Source of the DNA: Planctomycetota bacterium
GTDB lineage: Bacteria; Planctomycetota; UBA8108; SXIK01
NCBI GenBank assembly: GCA_965223265.1
Contig: OZ244999.1
Location: 5,248,001-5,312,000, forward strand
Length of the DNA stretch: 64,000 bases
Reading direction: 5' to 3'
The notes below the pieces were generated by a model. It searched no databases, had not been told where the DNA came from, and was given only the letters and a program-made list of their open reading frames with translations. Made by a program: the position numbers and the translations under genes. Below, in pieces: positions 29,437 through 39,336 of this stretch (the stretch's first letter is position 1; each line of letters begins with the position of its first letter).

Positions 29437-31119
29437 ATGAGTGAAAACCGCGACCCATCGGAGGGTGTCAGTTGGGCGACAAACGAGCCACAGTCCAAGA
29501 CACCGCAGGCGGTGTCACAGGACGACATTGTTGCGTTTCTGAGCCGGGCAGACGCCTATCCGTTCGCTGCGGCGACGGACACGGTCGAGGTCTTCCAGAC
29601 GCACGGCTCGTGGGTCTTCGTCGTCGGCGAATACGCCTACAAGCTGAAAAAGGCGATCGACCTTGGATTCTTCGACTACTCGACTCTCGAGCGACGAACC
29701 CATTTCTGCCACGAAGAAGTCCGCCTGAACCGGCGCTTGGCGCCAAGTGTCTATCTTGGCGTCGCCGCAGTGTGGCGAACCGCCGACGGCGCACTCGCCC
29801 TCTCCTGTAGCAACGCACACGGGGGGCAGCAGATTGGTAGCGACTCACCAGACGTTATTGTCGAAAGTCTCGTCTGGATGCGTCGCATCGCTCACGAACG
29901 CCTACTCAGCACGATTGTCGAACGGCGGGCGCTCAAGCAGTCCCAACTTTCTGAGCTGGCTCGTCGACTGGGCGCCTTCTACTTGAGCGCTGAACAAAGT
30001 AAATCCATCGATGAATTCGGCACGCCAGAAGTCATCCGCGTCAACGTCGAGGAGAACTTCGAGCAAACGGAAACAGCCGTTGGCCATCTCATAGACACCA
30101 AACGGTTCGGCGCCATCCGCTCGGCTCAGTTATCATTCCTGACGCTCCGCACGGACGTGTTTGCAGCCAGAATCCGCGGCGGCTGGATCCGCGACTGCCA
30201 CGGTGATCTCCGCGCCGAACACGTCGCTTTCCTACCAGAGCCTGTGGTCGTCGACTGCATCGAGTTTGCGGCACGCCTTCGTTATGGCGATGTGGTATCT
30301 GACATCGCGTTTCTCTTCATGGATCTCGAGCTCCTCGGCCACGCAGAAGTCGCACGCGAGCTCCTGGAACTCTACAAGGCTGCGACATCCGATGATGAGT
30401 GCGACCAAGTTCTCAAGTTTTACCTCAGCTACCGCGCGTTCGTGCGCGCCAAAGTCGACGCGATCAAGCTGACTCAATCCGAGACGCCTGAAGTCGAGCA
30501 ACAAGCTCTGAAACGGCGCGCGCAGCGCCTCTTCGAGCTCTCCTACTTTCACACGCTCGAGTTTCATCGCGCACAGTGCATTCTCGTCAGCGGTCTCTCC
30601 GGAACTGGTAAGACAACACTCGCCGCCGAACTGTCGAGACGCCTCGGAGCGCATCACCTGCGCTCCGACGTCATCCGCAAGAATCTTGCCGGGCTATCTC
30701 CCGACGAGCACGCCGCGGCGCCCTACGGCACTGGCATCTACTCGGATGAGCAGTCGCGACGGACCTATGCTGCTATGGAGCGTTCGACCGCTGAGCTGCT
30801 GACGGCTGGCGCCAGCGTCGTCGTCGACGCGACGTTTTCCCGCGAGGCTCTTCGCGAAGAGTTTCAAGAGGCGGCGCATCGCGCTGGAACAGGCTGCATA
30901 CTTCTGGAGTGCACAGCCCCATCAGCGGTCGTCGCCGCTCGGCTCGTGCATCGTCAGCGCCAAGGCGTCGACGCATCGGACGCGGGCCCCGAGCTGCAAA
31001 GGCAACAAGAGGCCGCATACGATGCGCCAACGAGCAGCTTCAAGATCGACACTTCCGGCAGCCTCGACGGGTCCGTGAGAACCGCTCTGCAGCATATCGC
31101 TCACCAAACTCGACGTTGA
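29437..31119 (+). CDS. Bifunctional aminoglycoside-phosphotransferase-like / AAA_33 kinase (Rv2004c family)
   Basis: THGSWVF, YKLKK, CHGDL and DCIEF motifs, plus P-loop GLSGTGKT, RSDVIRK and VVDATF. Confidence 0.92.
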   Translation: MSENRDPSEGVSWATNEPQSKTPQAVSQDDIVAFLSRADAYPFAAATDTVEVFQTHGSWVFVVGEYAYKLKKAIDLGFFDYSTLERRTHFCHEEVRLNRRLAPSVYLGVAAVWRTADGALALSCSNAHGGQQIGSDSPDVIVESLVWMRRIAHERLLSTIVERRALKQSQLSELARRLGAFYLSAEQSKSIDEFGTPEVIRVNVEENFEQTETAVGHLIDTKRFGAIRSAQLSFLTLRTDVFAARIRGGWIRDCHGDLRAEHVAFLPEPVVVDCIEFAARLRYGDVVSDIAFLFMDLELLGHAEVARELLELYKAATSDDECDQVLKFYLSYRAFVRAKVDAIKLTQSETPEVEQQALKRRAQRLFELSYFHTLEFHRAQCILVSGLSGTGKTTLAAELSRRLGAHHLRSDVIRKNLAGLSPDEHAAAPYGTGIYSDEQSRRTYAAMERSTAELLTAGASVVVDATFSREALREEFQEAAHRAGTGCILLECTAPSAVVAARLVHRQRQGVDASDAGPELQRQQEAAYDAPTSSFKIDTSGSLDGSVRTALQHIAHQTRR

Positions 31120-31153
31120 GGCACGACGATCGGGAGAACGACCTGGGGGCAAC

Positions 31154-31639
31154 TCAGCTGCGACTCACCCAACGGACAATGTCGAGCGACGAGATCAGAC
31201 CGACGACTCGCTTGTCGACGACGACGAGAACGCGGTGCACTTTTTCTTCGTCCATCAGATGACAAACTTGTTTGAGACTCGCCTCGGGCTCCACGGCAAC
31301 GACTTTTGGCGTCATCCAGTCCGCGACCAGCTCGCGCCCGAGCGATTCAAGCTCGTAGTCCTCGCGACTGAAAAACTCGTCTCTGTCGGAGAGCGGATTG
31401 AAACGATAGTACCCGTACCGTTCTTCACCACCGTCGCGCTGCACCGAGCGGTCCCGGTGCAGGACATCCGACATCGAGAGAACGCCGACGAGCTCTTCGG
31501 CTTCGTCGACGACCGGTGCACCGCTGATCTGGTACTCTTCGAGGAGCTCGATCGCTCGCTCGATCGGTGTCAACGTGTGCAACCTCACGACATCCTCTTG
31601 CATGATGTCTTGGGCAGTGACCTTCAGCTGTTTCGCCAT
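31154..31639 (-). CDS. CBS domain pair protein
   Basis: ISGAPVVD, VADWMT and VHRVLVV...GLISSLD motifs; GGAGGT RBS. Confidence 0.92.
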   Translation of the reverse strand: MAKQLKVTAQDIMQEDVVRLHTLTPIERAIELLEEYQISGAPVVDEAEELVGVLSMSDVLHRDRSVQRDGGEERYGYYRFNPLSDRDEFFSREDYELESLGRELVADWMTPKVVAVEPEASLKQVCHLMDEEKVHRVLVVVDKRVVGLISSLDIVRWVSRS

Positions 31640-31958
31640 CTTCCGAACCTCCTGAATGGCAGTGCACAGACTCCCGGTTTTTCAAGACCGAAGGACAGAA
31701 CCAAACCGCCGGCCGAACGCCGCCCCCCGAGAGCTGCTGCGCTTGGGCAGCAGCCGCACGCCGTCCAGCCTTGTTGTTGCAAACCGTGTTCCATGGTCGC
31801 ACCTCACTCTACCGCTGCCCGTAGCATCCCGTCGGGACCGCGAAACCGCGGCTTCGCGGCAAAAGGTTGACGACGAGAGACCAGTTCTTTTCGGCCGGAA
31901 GTGCGAAAAAATTCCGGCGCCGCGGAAGTTCCCTGCCGCAGGACGGTTTTCTCTCGGA

Positions 31959-32684
31959 CTACTCGCAGCAGACCGGAGGGGCAACACCCCGATAAAGCGT
32001 GTAAGCCGAAAGCAATAGGAGAAGCACACACGAAACAAGTCGCCAGCGGCTCCGCAACGCCGCTTGCAGTGACCTGCCACTCACGCCGACAAACCAGAGC
32101 GCCGGTACGGTCCCAAGTCCGAGAGCGACCATGATCAGGGCACCGAACAACACGCTCCCACGCGCTAAAGCTGCCGCCAAAAAAGCATAGACGAGGGGAC
32201 ATGGCAGAAAGCCACTCAGCATGCCAAGGAAGAGCCCTTTGAGACGCGAAGGCGAACGCGCCAAAGTAGAGCCGGCTCGGATCCACAAGGAGGCGAAGCG
32301 CGCCCAATAGTTCCGCGATCGAGGACGAATCACCGCGATTGGGTCCCAGCCGAAACCACTCAATGCAATCAGAGCGATCAAGAGTGCAGCACCAACGCTG
32401 AGTGACAGCCGCACAGCCGCACCGTACGCCCCGACGTGCTGCCCCAACGCTCCGACGATGGCGACCAAAAAAAGGTACGACATCGTCTTCCCAGCATGAT
32501 AAAGCGATTGAGCGCGTAAAAAGCGCCACGGAATGACACGCGGCTCGCTGTCTCTACAGCAGCCCGCGGCGACAACAAAAGACCCACACATACCGATGCA
32601 GTGCAGCGATCCAAAGAGCGCAGCAAGCAAGAACCCGAATGCATCAGAAAGTGTCAGCGTCGTCGAATGGTCATCCAAAAGCAT
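31959..32684 (-). CDS. DsbD_2 / TauE-SafE family membrane protein (cbb3 copper delivery accessory)
   Basis: GSLHCIGMCG, YHAGK, GFLPCPLVY and GLGTVP motifs. Confidence 0.9.
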   Translation of the reverse strand: MLLDDHSTTLTLSDAFGFLLAALFGSLHCIGMCGSFVVAAGCCRDSEPRVIPWRFLRAQSLYHAGKTMSYLFLVAIVGALGQHVGAYGAAVRLSLSVGAALLIALIALSGFGWDPIAVIRPRSRNYWARFASLWIRAGSTLARSPSRLKGLFLGMLSGFLPCPLVYAFLAAALARGSVLFGALIMVALGLGTVPALWFVGVSGRSLQAALRSRWRLVSCVLLLLLSAYTLYRGVAPPVCCE

Positions 32685-32685
32685 G

Positions 32686-35229
32686 TCACCCCCGCGACGA
32701 TCGTGGTACGTCAGCAATCGCAGCGAACACTGCCGCAGGTCTCGACGACTTTCGTGGCATCGATTCTGCCTTCGCTAATGCTGCTTCCTGTGCGGAAGGC
32801 ATACCGTCCTCGCCCTCACTGTGCACGCCAGGGACGTACGTCCGCTTCCGATGCCGTGTCGGTTCACGTTCCTTGGCCGTCGAGATGCGAACGACGCATA
32901 GACTCGAGACAACCATAAGGAGGGCAGCGACGACAGGATGAATCTTGCCGCACGCCGCGAGCGTCAAGCCGAGGCTGTTGTAGCCAAAGGCCCAGAACAG
33001 ATTGCGCCGAATCCGGTGAGTCGTCGCTTTCGCGAGCCCCAGGAGATACGGCACCGCATCGAGGACACGGCTTCCCGCTGGACTGTGAAGTGTAACCTGG
33101 GCCGACTCGATGGCGAGATCTGCGCCGTGCGCCATCGCGATGCCCACGTGAGCGGCGGCTAGAACGGGCGCATCGTTGACCCCGTCGCCAACCATGACGA
33201 CCCTACGCCCCTGCGCCACGGCGTCGCGGACGAAGCGCAGTTTCTCGTCCGGCAAGAGGTCCGCGATCACCGGGACACCAAGCTTCGCGCCGATCGCTTC
33301 TCCCCGCGCGCGCCGATCACCCGTGAGAATCGTGACTCGGCACCCTGCCGCCTGAAGCCTCTGTGTGACCGCGACGGCTTCGGGCCGCAGCCTCTCACCG
33401 TACGCGAGCAAGCCGAGGACGCGATTGTCCCGCAAGACGTACACAACGGACTCGCTTTCATCGACCTGTTGGCTCACGTCGTCGAGGTCGCGGCGGGCGC
33501 GCGCCAAATCATCAGGCCCGAGGTGCTTCTGCGCCTCGATGAGACGTCGCCTCCCGACCGCCACGCGCCTGCTGCCGCACTTGCCGCTGATTCCAAGACC
33601 AGCGACTTGCTGCAGAGCGGTGACGCAATCGTCTCGCTGCGGCTCGAGGCGAGCGGTGTCGTCGACGACCTCTCTCTGTTCGTCGCCACTGCCACCCCGG
33701 TGGCGGCGTTCCACGACAAGGCGAACCGCATCAGCAAGTGGGTGATTCGAGTAACGCACCAAAGCGTCCGCGGTCGCGAGGAGCTCTTCTGGCTCCACTC
33801 CGCTCGAAGTGATCACTCGCGACAGCTCCAGGTCCCTCTCAGTGAGCGTCCCAGTCTTGTCGAAAAAAAAGTCGGTCACGCCTGTCAACGCCTCGAACAC
33901 AGTCGCAGCGCGTACGACAGCGCCGCGAGCTGCCGCTCGCAGCAGGGCAACGTGGATCGCCAAGGGCGCCGCGATGCCGAGAGCACAGGGGCATGCGATC
34001 AGTAGCACCGCCAGAGCGTGAAGTAACCCCTCGTTCCAGCCAAGCCTGCGTCCCCAGTAAGCGAAGGTGAGAAACGCGACGCCAAGCGTGATCGCCAAGA
34101 AGTAACCAGCTGCTCTCTCAGCCAAACGCTCAACGCGCGGCCGGGAGTGCCGCGCTTGGTCCATCAGCGCGGCGACTCGATCGACCAATCGATCACCAAC
34201 CCGCCGGGTGACCTCTACATCGAGCCAACCTTCGATACACAGCGAGCCAGCCGCGACATCGGCACCCGGTTCGCACTCTTGCGGCGAGCTCTCGCCGCTC
34301 AACAGAGAACGGTCGACGGAAGCGCGGCCACCAAGTACCGTGCCGTCGAGAGGCAATCGTTCACCCGCAAGGACACGCACGACGGCGCCAACCTGAACGT
34401 CCGTCGCTTGCACCATAGCACCACGATCGCTCGCATCGTATGGCACGCGAGAGCGACCACACGCTTTCATGCCGACGTCAGCGGCACCTACGTCAGCTGC
34501 GGACCGACTCGAGCGACGCGTCTCCCCGACCCTGTATCCTCCCGGCGAAGCAGCCAACTGACGCGCTCGCCTCGGTGTCATCGCCAGCACCGAAGAAAGG
34601 TGTTCTCGTGTGCGCGAACGCGCCCGCGCTTCGAGATAACGACCGAGCGTGACGAGCAAGAGGAGCATAACGGCAGTGTCGAAGTAGACGACGCCGGAAC
34701 CCCGAGCAGTGTTCACAACCGAAAGCGCATAGGCCGAGAACGCCCCCAGTGAAACGAGCGCGTTCACCGTCGACGGTGGTGTCTGCGGCGCCACGAACGG
34801 GCGCACAAGAGGGCGCGGGAGGCTTTGCAGTAACAGGGGCACGCCGAGAAGCAGAACCGCCGGAGTCGCAAACCCAAGCGCCAACCACTGCAAGATTGAA
34901 GTCAACGGCCCCAGGGGGTGCGCACCGATGACACCATCCGAGGATACGGCACTGCCGGGAACGACGACGTCGGCGTAGAGGACGATGGAAAACACCATCA
35001 CCCCCATCGAGAAAAATGCCGCCAAATAGAATCGAGTCTGGAGCCAATTGAGCTCGCGCGCCGATCCGTCGTCACGGTGGTCGACCGACGTGATTCTCGC
35101 AACCAAATAGCAACCGTAGCAACAGTAGCGTCCGCCGGCATCCGATGAACGTCGAGACGCCACCGGCAAGCCACAAAGGTCGCAGGCGCGACGCGCACTG
35201 GAATGCTTCGAAGCGACTGCGGATTCGAT
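32686..35229 (-). CDS. ccoI: Heavy-metal (Cu) P1B-type ATPase, CcoI/FixI-like
   Basis: CDLCG...YCCYGC N-terminal site, YFD, SGES, ACPCAL, DKTGT, HP, GDGVND and YN motifs. The start is uncertain: the first canonical start (TTG 35169) lies downstream of CDLC. Confidence 0.85.
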   Translation of the reverse strand: MESAVASKHSSARRACDLCGLPVASRRSSDAGGRYCCYGCYLVARITSVDHRDDGSARELNWLQTRFYLAAFFSMGVMVFSIVLYADVVVPGSAVSSDGVIGAHPLGPLTSILQWLALGFATPAVLLLGVPLLLQSLPRPLVRPFVAPQTPPSTVNALVSLGAFSAYALSVVNTARGSGVVYFDTAVMLLLLVTLGRYLEARARSRTREHLSSVLAMTPRRARQLAASPGGYRVGETRRSSRSAADVGAADVGMKACGRSRVPYDASDRGAMVQATDVQVGAVVRVLAGERLPLDGTVLGGRASVDRSLLSGESSPQECEPGADVAAGSLCIEGWLDVEVTRRVGDRLVDRVAALMDQARHSRPRVERLAERAAGYFLAITLGVAFLTFAYWGRRLGWNEGLLHALAVLLIACPCALGIAAPLAIHVALLRAAARGAVVRAATVFEALTGVTDFFFDKTGTLTERDLELSRVITSSGVEPEELLATADALVRYSNHPLADAVRLVVERRHRGGSGDEQREVVDDTARLEPQRDDCVTALQQVAGLGISGKCGSRRVAVGRRRLIEAQKHLGPDDLARARRDLDDVSQQVDESESVVYVLRDNRVLGLLAYGERLRPEAVAVTQRLQAAGCRVTILTGDRRARGEAIGAKLGVPVIADLLPDEKLRFVRDAVAQGRRVVMVGDGVNDAPVLAAAHVGIAMAHGADLAIESAQVTLHSPAGSRVLDAVPYLLGLAKATTHRIRRNLFWAFGYNSLGLTLAACGKIHPVVAALLMVVSSLCVVRISTAKEREPTRHRKRTYVPGVHSEGEDGMPSAQEAALAKAESMPRKSSRPAAVFAAIADVPRSSRG

Positions 35230-35232
35230 GAC

Positions 35233-35895
35233 TCACTCCACTTCGGACGAAGTTGCCGAAGGCTCCGCCGGTTGGTCGTAGTGGCGCGGGTTAAAAACGG
35301 CAAACGGCTGCAGAAGAACCATCACTTCGGCGAAGACGATATGCGTCAGCGCTCCGATCAACGGCGGCACTTCGTTGACGATGTAGCTGGTGGGCTCCCC
35401 GGTGATCACAGGCTGCAACCAGCTGAGGATGCCGTAGAAGTTGATGAGCCACATGACCACTCCGAGCACAGCGCCGACCACGAGTCGCTGCAGAAGCGAC
35501 TGGCCGATGAAGAAGCGGCTGTAGACAACGTGAATAGGAGTACCGCAGAGGACGCCAGTGAACGTATGAAGCCCGGTGGCGAAAACAAGCACGACGGCTT
35601 CGTTACTCTGCGCGGTCGACGCCCCCCCGAGGATCGTCGAATAGACGCGAAGTAGACGCAGAGGATCGTCGAGCCCCACGACCGCGGCGCCCAGAACGTT
35701 CGCCCCCAATGCAATCCAGGAGGCAACCGCCCCGAGAACCATTCCAGCGAGGACGTAGTACGCGAGGTAAAAACCATGCGGGAACCACCTCGCGTCCCTT
35801 TCTACTCGCTCCGCCGCCCGCAGTTGCTCCTCCAGCTGTTCGACGACTCGGCGTTGACTCTCAAGCTGTTGGCGAATTTCTTCAGATTTATTCAC
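35233..35895 (-). CDS. Membrane protein in the cbb3 operon
   Basis: Short N-terminal coiled coil and about four TM helices containing His residues; overlaps the upstream gene. Confidence 0.75.
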   Translation of the reverse strand: MNKSEEIRQQLESQRRVVEQLEEQLRAAERVERDARWFPHGFYLAYYVLAGMVLGAVASWIALGANVLGAAVVGLDDPLRLLRVYSTILGGASTAQSNEAVVLVFATGLHTFTGVLCGTPIHVVYSRFFIGQSLLQRLVVGAVLGVVMWLINFYGILSWLQPVITGEPTSYIVNEVPPLIGALTHIVFAEVMVLLQPFAVFNPRHYDQPAEPSATSSEVE

Positions 35896-36121
35896 GGGAA
35901 AACCACTCGACCCAACTACTGGGAATGTAGCGCACCAAATACACTGCGGCGAAGATCAAGAAGGCAATCCACAAAACACCGAGGAATCGTGGCACCGTCG
36001 CGCCTTCATAGGAGAGAAAGCGCTCCGACTCATCCTGGCCGTGAGTGCTCTCTCCCGCGCCGCCGCCGGAGTCGGTCGATCGAGCACTCGAAGCATCGCC
36101 TTCAGATGCCGGCGCGGTCAT
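35888..36121 (-). CDS. Small single-TM protein resembling the CcoP/FixP N-terminal helix
   Basis: SYEGATVPRFLGVLWIAFLIFAAVYLV resembles the FixP N-terminal EYDNPLPRWW..F..TI.FA..Y pattern. Confidence 0.55.
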   Translation of the reverse strand: MTAPASEGDASSARSTDSGGGAGESTHGQDESERFLSYEGATVPRFLGVLWIAFLIFAAVYLVRYIPSSWVEWFSRE

Positions 36122-36410
36122 ATTCTTCCTCCTGTTCTAGCAGACGGAACTTGGGAGCTTCCACGTCTTGAAACTGTCCGCGGCTGATGGACCACAAGAA
36201 AAGTGAGAGGAAGCCAACAGCGACACACACGTAAGTGAGTACTGGAACAGCAGCGAAGCTCGCGACCTCGTCGCCCATCGCTTCTCGAGTGAACTGCACG
36301 AGTTTGTAGACAAACCCAGTGCCACCAACGAATACCGCCAAGAGCATGATGCGGCAGATCCACTGCCCCATGCCGCGGCGACTGGATTGACTTCCGTGGA
36401 CCTTAGTCAA
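36102..36410 (-). CDS. ccoS: cbb3 oxidase maturation protein, CcoS-like with N-terminal extension
   Basis: LFLWSISRGQFQDVEAPKFRLL matches the CcoS W..xGQFxD motif; TTG start after GAGGAG. Confidence 0.7.
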   Translation of the reverse strand: MTKVHGSQSSRRGMGQWICRIMLLAVFVGGTGFVYKLVQFTREAMGDEVASFAAVPVLTYVCVAVGFLSLFLWSISRGQFQDVEAPKFRLLEQEEEYDRAGI

Positions 36411-37044
36411 GACGCTCCTCCTCAGGAATCCAACTTCCAAGCCACTGCACGTAAGTCACGATGGCGAATCCCTTGCGATTCAGAACTGGTACCGGCGCCG
36501 ACGTCTCACCGGATTGTTGATCCGGGATCTCAAAGAACCAGGGAAACGGTGGCATCACGGACGTCGGTGAGACGAAGCGCGGATTGAAAAAGTGAGCGAT
36601 GTGCCAGTCGTTCGAGCGCACACCAGCTTCTCGGATGAGGTCTGGACCAACGCGGCGGGTTCCCAGGAGAGGCGGCATCTGAAGTTCGTTGTGATATTCC
36701 GCCGGCGCTGAGATTTTGCCCCACCGCAGGTCCTCGTTACTCACTGGGCGAATGAACTGCGAATGGCAGTGCCAGCACCCCTCACCGATGAACAAGTCAC
36801 GTCCCTCGCGCAGCGCCGCGGTCGCGTTCTCGGCGTTCACGCCCGTAGGAAACGCGCGTGCAAACGACTCGGGTTGACGGCGTGCCAGATCAGCAAAGTC
36901 CTCCATCACCGGTTCGACGAGTGCATCCGCCTTGAGCACCGGTAGATCTACGAAATGGAGGTACGGCACGACGGACATAACGACAAAGGCGAAGAAAAAG
37001 AAGGCGAGACCAGCAACCAGGAACACGCCGCTAAAACGTTCCAA
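36403..37044 (-). CDS. ccoO: cbb3-type cytochrome c oxidase subunit II
   Basis: EGCWHCHSQFIRP, GTRRVGPDL, WHIAH and SVMPPFPW motifs. Confidence 0.93.
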   Translation of the reverse strand: MERFSGVFLVAGLAFFFFAFVVMSVVPYLHFVDLPVLKADALVEPVMEDFADLARRQPESFARAFPTGVNAENATAALREGRDLFIGEGCWHCHSQFIRPVSNEDLRWGKISAPAEYHNELQMPPLLGTRRVGPDLIREAGVRSNDWHIAHFFNPRFVSPTSVMPPFPWFFEIPDQQSGETSAPVPVLNRKGFAIVTYVQWLGSWIPEEERLD

Positions 37045-37048
37045 TTCT

Positions 37049-38434
37049 CTATCCTCCGACTAACGCCGTTTCTCTGCGCTCGGCTGCCTGCGGTGCTCGC
37101 GCTGTGCACCACATGTTCCAAGCGAGGAGTCCGACACCGATCAGGACCATGACTCCCGAAAGCGTCCGCACCCACCAGAACGGCACAGAGCTGACGACCG
37201 ACATTTCCCACGGCGCGAGTTCCTTCCAGCTGAATCCCTGAACGAGCCCGACACCGGTCAGCGCCATGAACATCACGACGAGCCCGATCGTGCACAGCCA
37301 GTACGCCCAATGATTCATCTGGTTGGAGTACCACTCGCGGTCGACGAGGCGCGGCCAGAGATGCACGATCGTGCCAAAGATCCAGAACGTGAAAACGCCG
37401 AACATCACGAGGTGAGCATGCGCCACCACCCAATCCGTGAAGTGGATAATCTTTTGCGCCGAGAGCGTCGTTTGATACGCGCACTGTAGACACGTAATGA
37501 AGTAGAGCACCATGCCGGTATAGAACCAACGAATCGGCAGGTTCGTTCTCAGCAGATCACCGCGGCCGAACAGTGTCGCGAAGAAGTTGACGATCACGGT
37601 CGTGACGACCACTTCGACGGCTATCGTCGCGACGACAGCGCCATACTGCGCATACATTGGAATCGGGCTGTAGAGGAAGTGATGCACCCCATTCAGTGGA
37701 TAGAAGAAAGCCAGGCCCCAGAAACCGATCAGCGAGAGCCCGTGACTATAAATCGGCTTCTTGATGATGATCGGCACGAAATAGTACATCAGCCCCCATC
37801 CCATTGGAGTCACGAACAGACCGACCAGGTCGTGAATGTAGAGACCCGCCAACGCAGCTCCCGAAGCACCGGGGATGAAATACTCTGGGAGGAAATTCCC
37901 CATGATGTATGTCAGTCCGGTCCAAACGAGCCCGGCGGAGATGTACCAGAGGGACACGTAAAGGGCTCTAGTCTCGCTGCGCGCAATCGGCGTGAAAAAC
38001 TGCGCCATGAGAAGGAGCGCACCGACGACGACGAAGGGATCAACCCACACTGGGGTCTCGCCCCATTCGAGCCCTTGGGCTTCACCAGCCAAGATCCCAA
38101 CAAAGGTGGCGGCGATGATCGCCTGCCAGACCCAGAAGATCAGCCAACCAAGACGATCGCTGAGAACCTGACGCGCCGTCATTCGTGGTACCGCCCAATA
38201 GAGCAGTCCGACGAACGAATTGACGAGGAAACCGAAAGCGATCAGGTTCGTGTGCACCATGCGCACTCTTCCCGGCGACAGCACCGAGATGCCTTCCGCC
38301 GGATAGTGCTGCAGGAACGAAAGCGAATAGAGGAATCCTCCAACGAGCGCAATCAGCAGGCTAGCCATGCCGGCGGCAAGATGTGCACGGACGAGGCCGC
38401 GATGAACGAGCTGAGAAGTCTCAGTTGTTTTCAC
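37049..38434 (-). CDS. ccoN: cbb3-type (C-family) heme-copper oxidase subunit I, atypical
   Basis: RMVHTN, YIHDLVG, YYFVP, FYPLNGVHHFLY and HFTDWVVAHAH give all six His ligands. The GTG start overlaps the upstream stop. Confidence 0.9.
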   Translation of the reverse strand: MKTTETSQLVHRGLVRAHLAAGMASLLIALVGGFLYSLSFLQHYPAEGISVLSPGRVRMVHTNLIAFGFLVNSFVGLLYWAVPRMTARQVLSDRLGWLIFWVWQAIIAATFVGILAGEAQGLEWGETPVWVDPFVVVGALLLMAQFFTPIARSETRALYVSLWYISAGLVWTGLTYIMGNFLPEYFIPGASGAALAGLYIHDLVGLFVTPMGWGLMYYFVPIIIKKPIYSHGLSLIGFWGLAFFYPLNGVHHFLYSPIPMYAQYGAVVATIAVEVVVTTVIVNFFATLFGRGDLLRTNLPIRWFYTGMVLYFITCLQCAYQTTLSAQKIIHFTDWVVAHAHLVMFGVFTFWIFGTIVHLWPRLVDREWYSNQMNHWAYWLCTIGLVVMFMALTGVGLVQGFSWKELAPWEMSVVSSVPFWWVRTLSGVMVLIGVGLLAWNMWCTARAPQAAERRETALVGG

Positions 38435-39336
38435 TCTTCCCTCCTGGCACGCCGTAAGGCCGACCGATTGCCACGCAGCGAATCCACATAGATGGCGAGC
38501 GCCCACAGCTCCTCCCCGGAAAGCGCACTCGACCACGAGGGCATCGCCGTGCCACCGACGCCCGCCGTGATGACTCGATAGAGGTCCTCGAGGCTGCGAA
38601 CGGACTTCAGTCGGGTACGGGCAAAGTCAGGCGGAAGGATGACCTCGCCCCAAAAATCTTCTTTCCCAATGCTCGTGTTGAGTTCGTCGCGTGACGTTCC
38701 CCCAGTCAGCGTTTCGAGCTCGGACTTCTCGATGTAAGCGGGATGGCACTGCCAGCAGGTGGCTTTCTTGTGATAGATGAGACGCCCCTGCGCCGTGGCT
38801 TCCTGAATCTCGTCAGGCTCTTCGAGATCAAACGGGTTGGTGTGACGCGGCACGGCCGGCTCGGGGTACCGCTCGGCGCGCTGCGCGTCGAACGTTTTGA
38901 TGTAGGCGACGAGCTGGCGCCGCTGGCGCTCCGGAAGAAAACGCCAGGACGGCATCGAGGTGCCACGAAGGCCGTGCAGAATCGCTCGGTCCAGATCTTC
39001 GTCGAGCGGGATCGCGTTGGCCGGCGTGGTCGTGAACTTGAAGATCCCTTTGGTAAAGTCGCGCGGCTTGGGCTGCAGAAACGGCGCCGCTGGCCCAGCC
39101 CCATCCCCCTTCACACCATGACAGCCGCTACAGTATCGAAGGTACAGCCGCTCGCCCGCGTCGCCTTCGTCGGAGCGGCGAACGTGGAGTGGGTCATACG
39201 ACGCGTTCGCGGACCCCGTCGTCGGAGTTTCCGCGCTCTGAGCTTCGTCTTGTGCGCGGGCGCGCGAGTGAAGGCCCCACCCAGCGAGAGCACCGCACAC
39301 GGCGAGCGCAACGAGACACACGACAGTCTTCCGCAT
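38431..39336 (-). CDS. Diheme cytochrome c (candidate CcoP substitute)
   Basis: Signal/TM segment; CSGCH...PRDF...TSMP and CWQCH...TAMP. The start could be as far up as 39399. Confidence 0.88.
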   Translation of the reverse strand: MRKTVVCLVALAVCGALAGWGLHSRARAQDEAQSAETPTTGSANASYDPLHVRRSDEGDAGERLYLRYCSGCHGVKGDGAGPAAPFLQPKPRDFTKGIFKFTTTPANAIPLDEDLDRAILHGLRGTSMPSWRFLPERQRRQLVAYIKTFDAQRAERYPEPAVPRHTNPFDLEEPDEIQEATAQGRLIYHKKATCWQCHPAYIEKSELETLTGGTSRDELNTSIGKEDFWGEVILPPDFARTRLKSVRSLEDLYRVITAGVGGTAMPSWSSALSGEELWALAIYVDSLRGNRSALRRARREE

